DNA of 59,858 nucleotides, the filler included, from Platydemus manokwari (lineage: Eukaryota), in the NCBI GenBank assembly GCA_037951405.1. It is 5 parts of 5 records of this genome, joined end to end, with 100 filler letters (N's around TTAATTAATTAA, not from the genome) between each part and the next. Parts side by side here need not be neighbours in the genome. Positions count along the whole stretch, not along the records: positions 1 to 13,245 come from JBBMOY011786949.1; positions 13,346 to 28,562 come from JBBMOY011324761.1; 3 more parts are not named here. The stretch is one strand, 5' to 3'. The position numbers were made by a program, and so were the translations under genes. This document shows, piece after piece, positions 1 through 13,510 of this stretch (positions are counted from its first letter, which is position 1; every line of letters starts with the position of its first letter). The notes under the pieces are model-generated. The model made no database searches. It was given only the letters and a program-made list of their open reading frames with translations, and was not told the DNA's origin.

Positions 1-311
1 TTTAAATAAAATAATATTAAATGGTTTTGAATAAATATTATTTTCACCTTTATCAGTTATATCAAACATTCAAATTAAAGTTTTCCATAATAATTTTCAT
101 TAAAAAATTCTGATTTTTTAAAACTTCAAATTTTTTTTTAAATAATTTAAAAATTATTATTATTTTAAATAAAATAATATTAAATGGTTTTGAATAAATA
201 TTATTTTCACCTTTATCAGTTATATCAAACATTAAAATTAAAGTTTTCCATAATAATTTTAATTAAAAATTTTTGATTTTTTTTAAAAATCATTATTATT
301 TTAAATAAAAT
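1..311. repeat. Tandem direct repeat, ~163-bp unit, ~1.9 copies
   Basis: tttaaataaaataatattaaatggttttgaataaatattattttcacc... starts at 1 and again at 164, near-identical. Confidence 0.9.
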
Positions 312-667
312 CCCGCACACTAATATAAAATTATTTGAGATTCTTTCTATCCAAATGCTATCTCAAAAATTAAAAACATTTTTTAAAAAAATTTTAAAAA
401 TCTAATCATTTGTTTCGACCGGTTTTGTAGAATAAGTTGCTAACAGTGGATCTTTTGCAATTAATGATATAACTATTAATGATATAACTTGTTCAATAAC
501 TAAGAAAATCAAATTAATCTTTCGAAAATACAAAACCCAATATAATTGAATGCATTTGATTAAGTGATGACGGGCGGTCATTTTAAAGGGTGACGAGTTT
601 AGGATTAGATATTAATGAATATCAAACATATAAATCTGACAAAAAAATAAGAAAAAAAAGCTGATAC

Positions 668-1865
668 CACAATAGGTTTGATGAATTCCTCAATGGTATA
701 TGTGGTCAAATATTCAATCGATAAAGCAATGGGCTTTAACAATGATAATAATAGAGATAAATTGAATGATAAATCCGGTGAATCAAGCTGATTAAACATC
801 TCCAATCGCCATTTCAAATTGTCGAAACCTTTGAAATGTCCAAAAATATTAATCAAATCCACATAAATCACTTTATTCCGCCGATTATCGCTACTTACTG
901 CGTATTTCTGGAAAAAAAACCAAAGTTTTGTTGAGATTAAACACGTAAAATGTTGTCAAACAATGCTTACATGTTCGGTTATTGCAGGCAAATCACTGTT
1001 TTCCTGATCACCGGAATTATCATCGTCTAATGACGAATGTTCGGTGAATTTTTGATTAATTTTAAATAAATCATCAAGCAATGCCACTCGGACATTGTTC
1101 GGTTGAATATAATTGTTCAGACAACACTGGTGATACCTTTTTGATGAGTTTTAAAACATAAATAAACCAAAAACAAGAACTTCGTACTTAACATCTGGAT
1201 TAAATACAATAGCTAAAATACCCAAAATATACAAATTATCATCAGTCATTTTCATGGCACAAAGCTGCATCATAATTATTGAGTTTCGATAAATGCTTTC
1301 CTGGAAAAATTTGAAATATTGTTCAATGTTTAATTTTAAAATATGGAAAGTTTCATCGTTATCTTAACTAATAATAACAATTTAAATAATCCGCATACCA
1401 AAATATCCATTTTCCACCCTAAAACTGCATCGTCTGTCATAATTTTTTCAAAAGAAACTAAAAATCCATTTTTATAAAGATCTTTAAACAGTTCAACTTC
1501 AACATCCTTTTCTAAAGTTATTTATGTATACAAATCAAAGGCTGCTGATTTTGCGAAATTATATTACTTTGATATGAATATTTAATGGCTGTCAATAACA
1601 TACATTCCAAATCATCTTTTGGTAAAACAGGTACAACCCATCTTGGTTTATTAACCATTTCAATAAATCTCCTCATGACATCCATTGAAAAATGCAAATC
1701 ATCTTCATTCTTTGTATTCAATATTTCACTATCATCAATTACTTGCGTAGTTGAACTATTTTCAATTATTTCATTTGAATTACTATCAATTGCGTCTTCT
1801 TCATTATTAAGTAATATCCCCGAAACCTGGTTTTTTGGTTTTTTTGCATCTGATATAACCGTCAT
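668..1865 (-). CDS. USP9X: USP9X/USP24/fat-facets-like ubiquitin-specific protease, N-terminal five exons (probably continues left of the window)
   Basis: Spliced exons ~1865-1568, 1511-1399, 1281-1188, 1137-971, 907-668 with GT-AG introns. They give NKPRWVVPVLPKDDLECMLLTAI, GFLVSFEKIMTDDAVLGWKMDIL, MQLCAMKM..LAIVFNP and YVDLINIFGHFKGF..LLKPIA. These are collinear with the USP9X N-terminus (NRPRWVVPVLPKGELE / ISFTKILTDEAVSGWK / LVDLLNKFG). Confidence 0.85.
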
Positions 1866-4353
1866 ACTAAAGTAAAATTTACTATACTTATTTAAAAAAA
1901 TTTAAGTTTAATTATAAATTATTTGTTGATAAATCTTAATTTATTTAACATAATATATAAAATCATAAATTTTCCAACATAAAAATATATTTAACGTAAT
2001 TTAAACAAATTTCCATTCCATTAGATAAAATATTATAACTAAAAAATCAAACTTAATAAGATTACACAAATTTTCATAAATACAATATTAATATTTATAA
2101 TATATAGATTTATGAATTCCTACGTTATTTTTTAAATATAAATAAATGAAATATATGATTTTGATATTGTGATGAAATGAAAATCAAATTTATTTAAGTA
2201 ATGATACTTCTTTGAAATAATTGACTAGATATTTTGAATGTATACAAATGCATTTGTTAATACCATTTGTAATTCAAGAATAAAATTCATCTGAAATTTT
2301 AATAGTCATTGGAATCATACAAAAATTAAAAATTGATAGTAATTATATTAATCTAAATAATAATAATATTAAAAATTATTTTTCATTTTTCATAATGTTG
2401 ATTCATTAACTACAGAAATTACAATAAATTAAGATACGATGTTTTAAGTTAGTTAGAGATTTTAATTTGAGCCGCATGAGCATTCTATGGACATGATGGT
2501 CTGACAAATTAAAATTTAAAATTTGAGCTTACGACGCATTTGAAATTAACTGTTCGTACTTTATTAATATATGCAATACCTCAACCATTACATATGTGGA
2601 AAACAATTCATCATAAAACCGTTAAATTTATGGCCAATAAATTTTAAAAGCAATAACAGGACAATTTCCTTTCAACATCGCATAATTTGTCTATATGTGT
2701 TATGTATTAAATTTAAGTTCTGTTTTAACTTTTCTATCATTAAATTTTAGATAATTCTTAATTCCTATATTGCATGCACTTATTAAACAGGCTTGATATT
2801 TTGTTGAACCGACTCATCCTAGGTGACAACATTTTATGCCCGATTAATTATACATAGTGGCAATGGATAGATTGCATAAACTAACAGTGAAAATCAAAAG
2901 TAAATTTGATGAGAGTAAAATAATTTGAGTGCTGAAATTAACCATTAAGTTTTTGCATGAAAAAAATATTCAAACTGACCTCCACAATTGATAAAAACTC
3001 AAAGATAACCAATTATAATGATAAAGTTGTTCCGAAAGACTTCTTAATGATACGCATAGATTCTTGATTGGTGGCTAACAAAAAGAGGACAAGGAAAATT
3101 CAAAGTTAGGAAGAAAGTATGAATCGGGCCAGATCAAAATAGAAGATCTAAATACAGTTATTAGAATAAGGTCAGAACATCTAGAGGAGTTTCAATTTCT
3201 AAATACTATCAAACCAAGACGGTTCGAATAGTTAAAGAGATGGTTTGAAGATTAATCAGGCGAATCACGTGTTTGCATATTTTAGTATTCAGTTGCTGAT
3301 AATGTTTCTGAAATTTACATTTATATTTATTATGACTCTTATTTATCTTTTGCTTTAGTATTTATTATAAATTATCTATTCGTTTTATTGATTATTTGTA
3401 GTCGATTTTTATGAATATTTTTATAAGGTTTATAATAAAGGGTAATAATTCTATGAATATAACATGATTAGACAATTGATGTTCAATGTTTAAGACCTAA
3501 TGATAGTAAATTGGTAAATGGTGTTTATCAAATTTTGAATAATTGGATAAATTTTAAACAAATTTTCTTGTTTGTAACAAATTTTGAACGGTCTATTAAT
3601 CATACCATTTAAATTGTAGCCTTATGTGAAATCTTTTTAATGTAAATCCACCAGAGTGAACATATATTTCATCACTTTGACAATCACATTTATCCAACCG
3701 TAAATAACAAGTCATTGACATTTCAATTTTTATTTATTTATTCTTAACATAATAATGATACATGATTTATATTTATTATGAAATAAATTTTAAAATTTGA
3801 TTAAATATTTTTTTTAATAATTGCAGAGTCTCTTTTTGTAGAACTTATTTATCTGACTCCAAAAGGAATTATTTTTTTAACTAAGCTATATTTTACACAA
3901 GTTATATTATATAAGATTCTATCACAAAAATAAAAAAGCGAGTGTAGTCCGTGCTACTGACTTTATTACCACGCAGTTTAAATTCTGTTAAAATGCAACA
4001 AAATATTACTCCTATTCGTGCTGACTATCACGAATCCTTTTTATAACACCTTTTACAAATACACTCTATACTATAATAGACGATATAAACTAAAGGTCGA
4101 GTCAGTAATTACCGATTTATTCTAATTTCGTGAGTCATTTATCATTTTCGAATTTGTAAATTAGCATTTGTTTAATTATTTAATTATATTATTTATTTTC
4201 ATTATTATTTGAGCTGTTATTTTATTTTCGTATTAACTTCATTGAAATACTAGGTTCATTTCACGTGTGTATTGAGAGGACGTGATATGCTATCTTTTCT
4301 TTCCGAATACTAATTGATGGTTCCTATTATCTTGTTGAGGATGCATTGCACTC

Positions 4354-4495
4354 AAACAACTCCTACTCGTCAATATTCAAACCCTCACGTCAATATTAAT
4401 TTTCAAAACCCTCAAATAAATAACAAACCAAACAACTCCTACTCGTAAATATTCAAACCCTCAAATCAGTATTAATATCTAAAACCCTCAAATCC
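4354..4495. repeat. Tandem duplication, ~77-bp unit
   Basis: aaacaactcctactcgt(c/a)aatattcaaaccctca... at ~4354 and ~4430. Confidence 0.8.
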
Positions 4496-5075
4496 TAGAG
4501 CCGTCAAATATGTAAACTCTTATCAAATCAATCCAATCAATAAGACCTTATAGAATCAATAAAACCAATAACATCTTCAAATTAAATACATTCAATTCCT
4601 CAGAGCGACATTTGATGACATCAAACAACTGAATAAACCTTGCAAATCCGAATCCAAAGTCAGCCGCAATACAAAAACCCAACAAATCCTCTACCAATAT
4701 CTTCGACGTCAATCCCAATCAATTGATTCTCCATATTAACAGTAAAAACAGTAACAGTTTATTTAGTGATTTGCTCCATTTTTATTTTGACGTTATACTA
4801 ATAATATTTGTTATTTTGACAATCGCTTATTTGAATTATGATATTACTAATAATTATCTTATGAATACTTTATCTTTTGAATTGTAAACTGGAAGGAAAG
4901 ATTGTTATGAACGACACAATGTTAAGAGTTAAGCAATGAATTACTAGGAAAAATAATAACTGGCAAAAGAGTATGGACAGTAGAATAATGTGTTACAAGG
5001 TTAACAAATAGGTACAGTAACCCATGTCAGATAACAAGAATAAATTCGACGATAAATAATAATAAGAAGAATGAC

Positions 5076-5145
5076 AATAATAATAATAATAATAATAATA
5101 GTAATAATAATAATAATAGTAATAATAACCACTGTAATAATAATG
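5076..5145. repeat. (AAT)n microsatellite, imperfect
   Basis: Visible directly; it generates the spurious poly-Ile ORF 5001..5225. Confidence 0.9.
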
Positions 5146-8023
5146 AAACTCATAAAATAGTTAAATTTTATTTGACCAAAAAGAACAGGTAACAAAGGAA
5201 TAAAAACAGTAACAAAAACATCCATTATATTTGGTTTTATCTGATTAAAGAATTAACATTTAAGAAAGAAATAAAAAAATATCTAAATAGAAAATAAATA
5301 TAGTAACAGCCATTACGAGGTACAAATATGAAGAATAAATTTATCAACAAAGAATAAAAATGGCACCAGTCATAGAAATGACACCATCGAAAATAATATA
5401 TAAACCGCACGAGAAATTGAACATGCACAGCACTTTTAAAACATATCGAGAGCACTCTGCGAGATTACGTTAAAGCAATCAGCAAAACTATAGGAATTCA
5501 TTCTACCTGCCGTTATTTTCCGTAAGCATATATTTATTATTTCTTTTTATTACACAATCATCACTCAATTCATTTTTATTAATTAATATAACTCTTAGTG
5601 TCGTCTCCTCTTAATCTCCCTCCGGTACTCGGTACTTTGATTATCAAGTAGTTATCTGCTTGCGTAGTTTGCAACGGATTTTGGCAAATTTGTTTAATTA
5701 TTTTCTCGTGTTAGCTTTGTTTTCGTCTACATAAATAAATTATTTAAATAATTTGAGATTTGTGTTATCATATTTAGTAACTAGGGCTTTTTAATATCGT
5801 TTAAAATTGCAGATTTCACTGGTGTCAACGAGATATTGCGAATCCTTGTTGCCACAGCTAATAGTATTACGGGTTATCATTTTTAATCTCTCATTTAGTT
5901 TATTTTTCCTATAACTTCGTCTCCATACGAGCTATTGAAGCCCTCAATAGACCAGCTAAAATCATTAAACCCACAGCTACACAACTTCATTAATAATCTC
6001 ATTAAATATTCATGACATTGAGAACCAATTTTTCTATGCATACAATAGATAGTCAGTATAATTATAATGCATATAGTAACATTTTTTCTATATAATTAGT
6101 GACTTTTGAAGTTGACCTTTTTTAAAGAACTCTTTGTAAAGGTTTGCTTTTATGTTTTACCACCTTTGCTTTTCCTTTTTTTGGATTAATGTTTTAGTTT
6201 AAAGATGGTAGATTGTATTTTAATTTTTATGTCTACTATTCAACTTAACTAGGAGTATAGTGCAGTTCATACTTCAATTAATTAAATTTAATTAAAATAT
6301 CATTAAATATCACTAATTAAAATATCTATTTGATGACCTTTGAAAGAAGAATAAATCAAGAAGAGCCAATCTACCTGATTAAGTTTTCCAATATTTGCTT
6401 TTTAATAAGTCTTTTTTGTGTATATAAATTCAGCTCAAAATTGAAACTGCGCACAAAGTTTTCACCCATCGGATAGCGATTGGGATCATTCACCCAGCAA
6501 CTAAAAATAGATTCTGACGACAAAAGTCAAATTTGGGATTTCTTCATCCAACTCAACCAGACGAAAGCGTATATCGTAATTTACCCACACACTTGATACA
6601 AGAAAATTGATTCAATTTGGGATTCCTTTACTTCATCCAAGTTATCGTATATGCATTATTCAAACTCTAGGATGCCAATGGTAAACTTTATTATTAGTAC
6701 ACCAATCATTCAGCTGCAAAGCTCAGTGAGATTCGTAGGCCTTAAATATTAAATTTGCAAAGCTGAGGGATTTGCAACCAATAAACTTTAACTTTCTTTC
6801 ATTTCTCGTCCGGAGTTTGGTGGCACTTAATTCCACAAGACGGTTTTTAAATCCTTTAGGGCACAACACGAGCATCTGTTAAAATCATTTGCATTACACA
6901 TTTGTTAATTTGTACTATAAGAAAGTATTATTATTATTGAATCATTGTTTATTTCCTCTATCGTTATTATATTATCTTAATTATAACACGCAACCTATTA
7001 TTCTCATTGGGATCAGATCATTGGTGGAATCGCCATTCTTCTGATTTTAGTCAATATCAAATTTAATTTACAGATCATTCAACGAAATTGATCTAGTTGA
7101 ATTATCCTAAAGACGTCACACCAAATGCTACTTAGCAACCGGCTAGTATGATTCCATCATGATAAAGATTATGTAATGATTATGTATAATAAAAATGTGA
7201 AACCAAAGTCATTTATATACTAATTGAAAGAGGTGAAACTTATTTAAAAATTTACTCATTTATCGATGAGCCTAAAACTATTTTTAACAGTCTCCGATCT
7301 TTTCAAAATTACTGCGATTCAAGTGAGTAAATTGATTCTACGAGCTCTTAAATCAATTGCAAATTAACAGTTATTAAATATCCTTGTTATTGATTAATTA
7401 ATAATTTTAATAAGCAATGAGTTGTTTCAGTCATTTACTTATGATATATCAAATTAAGCTCATTGATCTAACATTTTGGAAATTAAAGATATTTGATTGT
7501 TTCTGATAAAATTTATTGATTAAAATCACCAGCTGACACAATAGTCATACAATAAATAACAATTCATGCTTTTATCAAATTTTATGCGTAAGTCATTTAT
7601 TACTATTCAGTTAATTGGCTCATTAAATACCTATTATATTTAGATTATTTTATTATAAAACTTTGTGACGGCGATCGAAAAGTAATATAGTATAGTTTAA
7701 AAATTAAAATCTTAACTTTTAATACAATTAAATAAGTTATATATAATCCAATGAAATAGTAAATATTATATATGTAATGCTGATAAAACAATTTTATAAT
7801 AATAAAGGATTTGGCTCTACTTAATTTATTCTTTGAAATAAAATTTTGTAAGATTTTTATTCGATTGTTTAAAATGTCATAAAGTCACAAATTTGAACGA
7901 GGTAAATATCGTCATTTCCAATAAAATAATTCATTTAGCATTTATTTGCTTTGTGATTGTTAATTAGGGTTAATAATCTTTGTCTAAATTTAATTTGATG
8001 CGAAATTTCCATAAAACCTGGGC

Positions 8024-11000
8024 ATGACTGATGATGGTTTTCAAAGTAAGAAAATTATTGTTAAAACGGAACCAGAAGAAAGCTTAGCTTATGCATCTAA
8101 AACTATCACAAATGTTGATGTTTTATCCGTACATAAAGATTTATCTCTTAGTCCCCTAAACTACGATTTTGATAATGTTGATATTGAATCAATTAATATT
8201 GGTCTGTTTATATAATAATGTTGAGCTTATTTAAATATATTTATAGATGATATATTTAATGAAACTCAGTCACAAGACAATTGGTGTTCAGTTAAAGGTT
8301 TCAGTTTGGTCGAATAACTTAATTATTTTTTTATAGATGAGAACGAAGGAAATTCTAAATATAGAAACAATCTTGAAATTGATAATGTGACAGTTTTATC
8401 AGGTATATGTAATCCAGGTTATACCAACAGTCTTTCTTTGTGTAATTCCGATAAAGAAACATCTTTACCTCAATATTCTAAAGTGGACTTTGGCTTAGAA
8501 GAAAACAAATTATTTCTTATTACCGATATTTTAAATGAAGATAAAGTCTCTTTAAATTCCAAATTTCCCTCCAACAACAGTCCTGTCACTATTATAAATT
8601 CCCAACAAAAATTGGAATGTATTAAACCTCAACTTTCATTACTCTTAAATCAACATAATAACTATGTTGATAATTCGGTGATTTATAATCAAAGAAATTA
8701 TAAGACTGAATCATTATTTAGCATGTCTTGTAATAATTCTAATTTAAATGTTCAACAAATTTCTAATCAATATCCCATTTCAAAAACCAAGATTATTCTG
8801 CCTATAATTGGGCCTTCGTCAAAGAAAAAATGTATCCCAGCGAAAACTGGTAAAATAGTATCACAATTGTGTTTTATCTGTAATGACAATGCAACAGGAA
8901 AACACTATGGTATAATCTTTTGAATATATAATTTATATTTATATTTGGATTTATCGGTTTATTAATTTATGATAGGTAAACTTTTAGATATTTATCCAAT
9001 AATTTACTAAAAACGAGTTTATATTTGAAAATCTTGTTGGAGATCGAGAGAATTTAACATTTTTTTTGAATGACTAAAAGTACTAATGAATACAAATAAC
9101 ATAAAAACTTGTAATATTGGAAATTTATATTTGAATTACAGAATAAAAATATCAGAATATCACGTAATTAGATATTAATCCAATATTTATTAAATCACAT
9201 TTGCTTTTAACTAAGTAATTGTGGGATTATAATAATGTGGATGTTTTTTGGCACGATACTACCCTGTATCTACATTTTATTTTTCACTTTAATATAAATA
9301 TATTTTGGGTTTCGAACGAAGATTTATTAGCAGTAAAGTCAATTATTTTCAATAAAATTACAAGTTTCAATGTTATCAGTTCACTGGAATAAAAATATCA
9401 TTTGATTAAAATCATTATCTATAATTTCTTAAATAATTACTTAAAATTCATATAATAATATATTAAGTTCTAATGTTATAATGATCTACTGTTTTTCAGG
9501 AGTTATTTCGTGTGAAGGTTGTAAGGGTTTTTTTAAAAGAACCGTGAGAAACTCATTACCATACACGTGTAGAGATTTCAATAATTGTGCTGTTGATAAA
9601 AAATTTCGCAATCGCTGCCAAGCTTGTCGTTTTCAGAAATGTCTACAAGTAGGAATGAAACGCGAAGGTTTTAGCTATTCGTTGTTAGTTAAAATTATCC
9701 TAAAATTTGCTAAGCTGTTCAAATTGAAAGACCGGAAAAACGAATCCAAAAATCCATAACAGATACTAGTGAAACAGTCATTTCATCACCTTCATCGGTG
9801 CAGACTGATGAATCCCTGGAGAAGATTCATTACAATTTAATTAATCAAATAAATAGTGATTATATGATGGAAATTGAACTCAAATATAATCCTGATGTTG
9901 AAGAGAAAGGAATTCTCGAAGGGAATGTCATGAAAGTCATTTGTCAACACGTTAATGATCATTTATTTAGCATAGTCTCTTGGGCCAAATATTTACCTGG
10001 ATTTGCAATACTTAATCTTAATGATCAAACATTACTTATCAAAATGTGTAAGCCAATATTTTTATTTATTTATAATACTTAAATTCGTTAATGTATTGTT
10101 AATATTCAATATGATACAATCTATATTATGATAAATTAGAGATTCATGTAGCTGTTTGTTTGTAATTGCAATTTTTGATAGAATAACCTTTCGAATATTG
10201 TATTTTAAAATGTTTAATCCAAGGAGCAGAAACCCCAACAATTGACAATCACAAGAAGCTGTTTTGTGAACTGATTTGTAAAATTAAAACCGAGATGGGA
10301 GGATATCTTAATTATACGGCGAGCAAAAAATATATTGTATAGTTTACGTTTACAGTTTCTTTTTTGGTTTTAATTAAATTTCAACTTTAAATAAATAATT
10401 TATAAGGTCGAAATCGAATTATTAAATTATATACCTCGACTGCCCAGTTCTGGAATAACCAATATTATGTGTAGATGAATAATATCTCCATATTTATACG
10501 ATAAGCAGTGTTTCATTTTATCAATCTACTAGGCGCATTATTATAGATGCGCATCATAAAAAAGCTTATCGATAAAGATGCTAATGAATCATAATGATAT
10601 TCTTTCATTTGATTCTGGTAACATTAGTAATTCGTTACGTGAGAAAATTTTTCATTATTTCACAAAACCAATTTTGCATTAATTTTTGCGATTCTTAAAA
10701 ATCTTTTTTGAAAAATAACCCTTATTAATATCTTTTACGTTATACCAATTCAATAATCTTTAACTAAAGTATTTGGTGATTTAATTATTTCTATAACTCA
10801 CATTGAGTTGTTACCAGAAATTAGCACTTTTCGTTATGCACTAAAATAATATTTCAGTATTGTTATGATTTTCTTTTACATATTGAATACTTATATTAGT
10901 AAAAAGCAATTTTATTTTTAAAATTCTGCTCCAAAATCTTATAATAAATACAAGTTTTTAATACTTGGCCATAAAGTGACCCATTATTTCACATATCTTT

Positions 11001-11646
11001 TATGTAAAATGCAATAATAAATTATAATAAGTATTATTTTCAATTGAATTATACGTATATCCCTGTTTAAGGTTGGGGTGAAATTGTTGTTGCCAACTTT
11101 ACTCACAGATCCATAAAACTTAATGAAGATATGATATTATTGAGAAATGGAACAAAATTAGTTCGAGAAATCGCTCAATCATCTGGAATAGGACAATTGA
11201 TTGATCGTATTATTTGCGAAGTTTTGCATAGATTTAGAGACATGAAAATTGACAAATGCGAATTGTCATATATAAAGGCTATTATTCTTTTCAATCCCAG
11301 TAATTTGAATTGATTATTTTCCTATGTTTTATCTATTTTTGTGTCAGATTTAAAAAAATTGGAAAATAGTTCCTTTGTTCAAATGATTAGAGATAAATTA
11401 TATACATCACTGCAGAAATATTGTCAACAGAAATTTCCTTCGGAAAAATTTAGATTCAGCAAACTGTTGTTAAGATTACCATCTTTGCGATCCATTGCTC
11501 ACAATTGCCTGGATCATTTTCGATTTTATGATATTATTGATAAATGTAGAGCTGAAGTAGTAAATGAAGATGAAAATTTGGAAGATCCTATGTTTAGTTT
11601 TCTTGATGAAATGTTGGGTCATTCAGATATAATTATGGATCACTGA
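8024..11646 (+). CDS. RXR: Retinoid X receptor / ultraspiracle-like nuclear receptor (NR2B), 7 coding exons
   Basis: Exons 8024-8201, 8247-8297, 8337-8909, 9500-9667, 9715-10047, 11072-11299, 11348-11646, all phase-consistent [21 protein letters not shown]|[29 protein letters not shown]-box [62 protein letters not shown]-2 FLDEML. Confidence 0.93.
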
Positions 11647-12559
11647 CTTCATATTTATGATTTACTATTTTATGAGTCAGTTATTTAGTATTGTGTACCA
11701 TCTACCAGAATGAAATATAAACGTTTTAAAGGTAATTAATAATACTTTTTAATACTGTTTTGTTATCTCTATCACTATTTCGAAATAATTATAGCGATAG
11801 CATTGTTATTAATATAATTGTTTTTGTTCAACTATAATAATCGATGAAGAGTAAAGTTTGTTTATTATTGGTTGTACAATGTACTCATTAGGATAAACTA
11901 ATTAAAGATATGTTATAATTTTGCATTGTGTATTCTCACAAATATTTCCTTTCATATTATGGCAAATACTGGCGATGATGTTCCTGAATTGACATGTGCC
12001 ATATGACATACATGACCATAGGAATCATTAACTAATAACGTCTTTTTGAAGAGCATGATATTCATTTGAATCTTGTTAAAATTATGAACTGGTTTTTCGT
12101 TTTGTTGATAAAACTTTAGTCGACATATAATTTTGAACTATAGGAACTCATTACATTATAGGAAGTACCAAATTACGTTTGATTATTAAAGTATAGACTT
12201 ATACGCCTGTTTTTACTGTGGTAGCTGATGTGCACCAGAAATTATGTTTCTGGCGACTTATTGTAAAACTTAATAAAAATTCAGTGAATTTCTCTTTTTA
12301 TATTTTGGAGTCAGAAAAAACTTAATTAAACGGATCTGTTTAAATGATTATGATGATAAAACAAATATTTTAGTTATCGATAACTTGGATTTTATTTTAG
12401 ATGATTTTTAAAATATTTCAAGGTATTGGTTTGGCAAGATTTATAAAATTAAGATAACAATATTATAGATCATATGTGTTTGTGGTTATAAATAATTAGG
12501 ATCCTTTGTTATTGTTTAAAATAAACTTATCGATTTCTTATTTCCTGAATTATGATATT

Positions 12560-12850
12560 AATATTTTCAATCGACAGCGTCATAAACAAATTTCTAACAG
12601 AGTTATGTTTGAAAAACAATGACAAGATTGGCATCTCTACAAATCGATGAATCATGTGATTTGGCAGCAAAATGCTAGAGAATGAATAATTTTTATATAT
12701 ATCGAGGAGACAGGTGAATTCTGAATTCAGTTAGCCATCACAGTAACCTCATTTATTAAAATGTAAATCATCTACATTAGCTCCAGTTTAAACCATAGAT
12801 TTCTGGTGTTCGATATATCATCAATAAATGTATAAAAATATACCACGAAA
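12560..12850 (+). mobile_element. hAT (Buster/Charlie/ZBED5-like) transposase remnant, internally deleted
   Basis: 12628-12720 reads LASLQIDESCDLAAKC*RMNNFIYIEETGEF, resembling Buster-type F(A/S)LQLDESTD....QL..FVRY. Downstream IDFWCSIY resembles the dimerisation domain. Stops and frameshifts are present. Confidence 0.55.
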
Positions 12851-13080
12851 TCAATCAAAAATTAATAATCACAACTGGATGAAAAATTTGAAAATTATAT
12901 CAATCAATATTAATGACGATATGAGACGGATTTGTTGGGATTTAAAGGGGTGTAGGGGAAAAATAATTATAATTGATTTATAAAATACAGTAAAAAGGCT
13001 TTTAAAAAATATATTCGATTAATATTTTATTTGGCTAATAGAAAGTTAAAATATTTTATTATTTCCTTATCAATTTTTTA

Positions 13081-13084
<4 letters not shown>

Positions 13085-13137
<53 letters not shown>

Positions 13138-13160
13138 AATAATTATTATAATAATAATAA
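13085..13160. repeat. (AAT)n microsatellite
   Basis: Visible directly. Confidence 0.95.
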
Positions 13161-13245
13161 TTAATATAATTGATGAGTCTATATTTTGACATTATTTTAA
13201 AATAATCATAAATTAAACGAATGAATGATGAGAATAAATTGAAAG

Positions 13246-13345
13246 NNNNNNNNNNNNNNNNNNNNNNNNNNNNNNNNNNNNNNNNNNNNTTAATTAATTA
13301 ANNNNNNNNNNNNNNNNNNNNNNNNNNNNNNNNNNNNNNNNNNNN
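13246..13345. other. Artificial contig-join spacer (N44-TTAATTAATTAA-N44)
   Basis: Identical 100-nt structure occurs four times; the 12-mer gives stops in all six frames. Confidence 0.97.
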
Positions 13346-13349
13346 TATA

Positions 13350-13510
13350 GGCAGTGAATCACTCGCAGATATTGTCTGCGATTAAATTTAATGCCAGTGA
13401 ATTTATTCACTGGTGAGAGAAAGTCTTTCCGAATAAATTTATTAGGCAGAGAAAATATCTCTCGATCAAATCTAATCGAGTGATATATTCCATTCTGCTA
13501 CAGAATTTTC
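13350..13510. repeat. Array of abutting short inverted repeats (degenerate ~45-50-bp palindromic tandem units)
   Basis: tcgcaga..tctgcga, attaaatttaat, ccagtgaat-tt-attcactgg, gaaag-t-ctttc, aataaatttatt, agaga..tctct, ctcgat..atcgag, attctg..cagaat. Confidence 0.8.

Noticed and set aside
1585-1875. Plus-strand 96-aa ORF (likewise 15160..15378, 32715..33074, 34655..34855, 46611..46793, 49680..49919)
   Set aside because: Antisense shadows of better-supported coding sequence on the other strand
5001-5225. Hydrophobic poly-Ile ORF as a membrane protein (likewise 38278..38733, 43189..43383, 54474..54668)
   Set aside because: Translations of (AAT/ATT)n microsatellites
6500-6900. Minus-strand open stretch and duplicated aatttgggatt..ttcatccaa motif as pPolB or BEL/Pao relic
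   Set aside because: No diagnostic motif could be completed
13290-13301. Repeated TTAATTAATTAA palindrome as a biological repeat or CRISPR-like element
   Set aside because: Always centred in N-runs of identical length; an assembly linker
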